Shown: in pieces, positions 62,501-64,000 of the stretch
How the letters are laid out: each line of letters opens with the position of its first letter
Numbering within the stretch: the first letter of the stretch is position 1
NCBI GenBank assembly: GCA_905178155.1
Contig: CAJINV010000001.1
Coordinates: forward strand, 10,404,240 to 10,468,239
Direction of reading: 5' to 3'
Length of the DNA: 64,000 bases
From: Amoebophrya sp. A120
Taxonomy: Eukaryota > Protista > Dinoflagellata
The notes under the pieces: generated by a model
Seen by the model: the letters and a program-made list of their open reading frames with translations, nothing else
What the model was told of the DNA's origin: nothing
The model's database searches: none
Translations under genes and position numbers: made by a program

Positions 62501-62883
62501 ACTTCATGATCCATGACACGGTCGGCCTCGAGGACAAGCTGAAGCCACAAGCAGCGCAACTACACCTCCACGACTATGACAGCGACGAACTGGCACAGAT
62601 ACGCCACGAGGGAAAGATGCTTTCTGCCGCGTTGACACCCTACGTCGGAACAAGATCTATGTTGAGCAAAGAATCTCCTGCCTCCGCAGGTGGAGAAGCA
62701 AGAAGCAGCAGCGCTGGGCAAGGCGCAGGTCCGGACCGGCAACCGCTTGGTTTATCTAGTGGAAAAACTCGGGCGCCGGGACTCGGCAATACTTTCGCCC
62801 GGAAAGTTCTAGACACGAACGACGATGCGCACAAGGCACTGCGACAAGCAAGCGGCACGAATGCTGACAAGTATCTAATTTAG
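59542..62883 (+). CDS. HAD-superfamily phosphatase-like protein with N-terminal signal/TM segment; intronless, 1113 aa
   Basis: TIVFDLDETI (DxDxT motif I), LLLMTRN (motif II), ISKA (motif III Lys) and LLVDDD (motif IV). Hydrophobic ISFLTFSLALAWFF near the N-terminus. Long low-complexity tail. Confidence 0.7.
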   Translation: MVSPTRDSKASGPRLRGFRIWGRHISFLTFSLALAWFFRTATAADLFGFRAAADSDSEEGEFASPTTDRKWELIQNDKGLTCYRRLDVIGQPALRTDTIVFDLDETISLITVDIRSGDSDATKRSHCAISMGGGKGFDKPGTTPATVEAVPDKNVDGQKRKPKRVRFEDVNDSTSPSASLPSSRRTPSFGERYSSLGSASANIGAQESSASDRRTRDQHQELQQQQQYSGVATTLALLPGFVKLGGNYRIERLLHTVRMAHNAGMKLLLMTRNQGGVYRILSFLRNCVPGLLPYFKHIISLHDSHIVTNPDVKKSVRTFLHGVTIRHDHGYLHSHDWERYAARLDVREFPLGARDLGLDDDALQRARNGFEGLLRALWPPARSNPHSVKIPAISKASLLRVLAPKLRLSAERMLLVDDDVNQHIPNLDEVWFRGDDKPRKTGSTTSSRDRRAMQPPSSVGGAKKRMEALNDELVSVNGWSRASMNAPEVAAADQPHSRVVAPSSPLSQEDQRAGGRHTLSQTTTTIPVLSGMYGTQDTNCLATSKSRARGTGVSKSRTTATSTTTPFLAAFQQLVTINSHDADVKVRADPADNTRTTAALPGQTRTVTGTSVISPQRVAAGRKKLFSTDLQEPPFDPLGFLSGPDDDLSTQDPTTDESPEDEEVPEADEFRNPKANGPQKPGARRRICSTGATPAKVNDVQDAEPDCVQQEDQIVKGLAALTLRNAYERCREDLREVDEEDVDVISLDHSAHAPVGVLDVGKNHAPDGQMHDGATGRNSSRFCVYEYTSLADIVPRTNETAQPLAGNWNVARLNQNQLQAINAYTTNRCSTGVKKLVKKVCKRLNPLAASAGEDCCGSVNWCSGERDFEDGDEEVKPSSKEIWKGRQQRDPQLLEEAERRPGVPARRKSTQKHDTRLREEDLLAEDQMLPRGCLVRKSDEFENLLHALFPYEPLHPLGGIGGGRAEGVLHWPGSHREHLDNEFGLLDFMIHDTVGLEDKLKPQAAQLHLHDYDSDELAQIRHEGKMLSAALTPYVGTRSMLSKESPASAGGEARSSSAGQGAGPDRQPLGLSSGKTRAPGLGNTFARKVLDTNDDAHKALRQASGTNADKYLI

Positions 62884-64000
62884 ACAGGCACTTGCAAAGG
62901 AACTATGGGTGCTGAGGCGACCACAAATTAAGCACCGAGACTGACTAATTTAAAAGCTACATACTATGTGCAAACTACACCAGCTTGACCACGCACGACT
63001 GGACTTGCAGCAGCTCATGATCTCTATCGAAGTGGCGATCGACCAACCCCCTTTTCACTTTTTTCGCACAATTTTTTACTGCACTTACTTACATACTTGA
63101 CGACAAGAAAATGATGTCTTGCCACGAAGAGCTCTCATCTCCAAAAGTAAAAGGTAAGTACCGTACTCCGTGGCTCGGTGTCGCTGTATTTGCTGAACTA
63201 GAGGCCAAGGGGGCGAGGATGGTACAAGCCAAAAGAAAAAGATCGCGCAAAGTGCCGGGGCGTCGAAATTACTTAATTTCCTGCTGGCCATTTAGCGATA
63301 ACTCGCGACGGAAGCAAATCTGGCCAGCATAGTAAAATATGCCACTTATTTTGATGTTCTGGTTCTCGAGAATATTTAGAATGAAAATTGTGAATTGAAT
63401 TAAGCAAAAACAATGAGTAAGGTTGGAATGAGAAGCAATTCCAATTCGAACTGCATGTAGTGCCGTAAAAAATATATACTAAAAAGGAAAACGTTGACCT
63501 ACAGGTAGTTCTAGATTTAGTTTTGTCGTTGAGCTCTGTTTTGAGAAATGCACCCTTTACGTAGTCGGAGGTCTCTGAAAGTGGCCCGCCAGAGAGTATA
63601 GGCAAGCTTGTGTCTGAGGGCGGAGACTAGATTACTGTTTTCGAAGTTTCGTATAAAGATGTATGTTGATTGAACACAACTACATAAGAATGAATTCGTA
63701 CGATCTGTTAAAACGCAATTCTGATTGCCACTATAGGTTCGTTACGAGATTCGAATAGCTTCGCCCGCTGGGTGTGACATCGCAAACTTGCGCTAGAAGG
63801 AACATTTTTCACAGAGTTCACCTGCCGCGACGGCGCGCAGGCGTTTTCGGTATCAACTGAGAAAGACACTGCCTCTGCTGTCGTGCCGCAGTGCGTTTCC
63901 AGCTGCAAGGAAGCCCAGCCGGAAGCACATTGAAAACGCATCCGCAGCGCATCCCAGCCGGAAATGCCTCTTCAGGGCATTTCTACCGAGCTGGTGGAGA

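Overview
Eukaryotic DNA, not prokaryotic. All recognisable genes lie on the + strand. Most have ~100-350 bp GT-AG introns, and three exon interruptions are non-canonical inverted-repeat insertions. Together this suggests a dinoflagellate-lineage alveolate such as Amoebophrya (inference). Host genes: a partial unknown gene, a divergent protein kinase, a ClpB-like AAA+ protein with signal and TM segments, two tandem Cid1-type terminal uridylyltransferases, a secreted-looking hypothetical protein, an Oxa1/YidC insertase, a diacylglycerol kinase, a TPR-Aha1 co-chaperone and a HAD-like protein. Three things stand out. (1) A complete ~13.15 kb tyrosine-recombinase retrotransposon (46190-59340) with split direct repeats A1...B1-A2-B2, three extra ORFs, about 11 predicted spliceosomal introns (including in gag, pol and YR), and a reconstructable TTT crossover next to an empty twin of its target site. 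(2) Four ~260-280 bp MITEs with TATC...GATA-type ends and 5-bp TSDs; three sit in coding exons and restore the frame on precise removal (introners), one is intergenic. (3) A ~1.1 kb array of a 29-bp unit built on an 18-bp perfect palindrome. Exon boundaries were derived by eye and need RNA confirmation.
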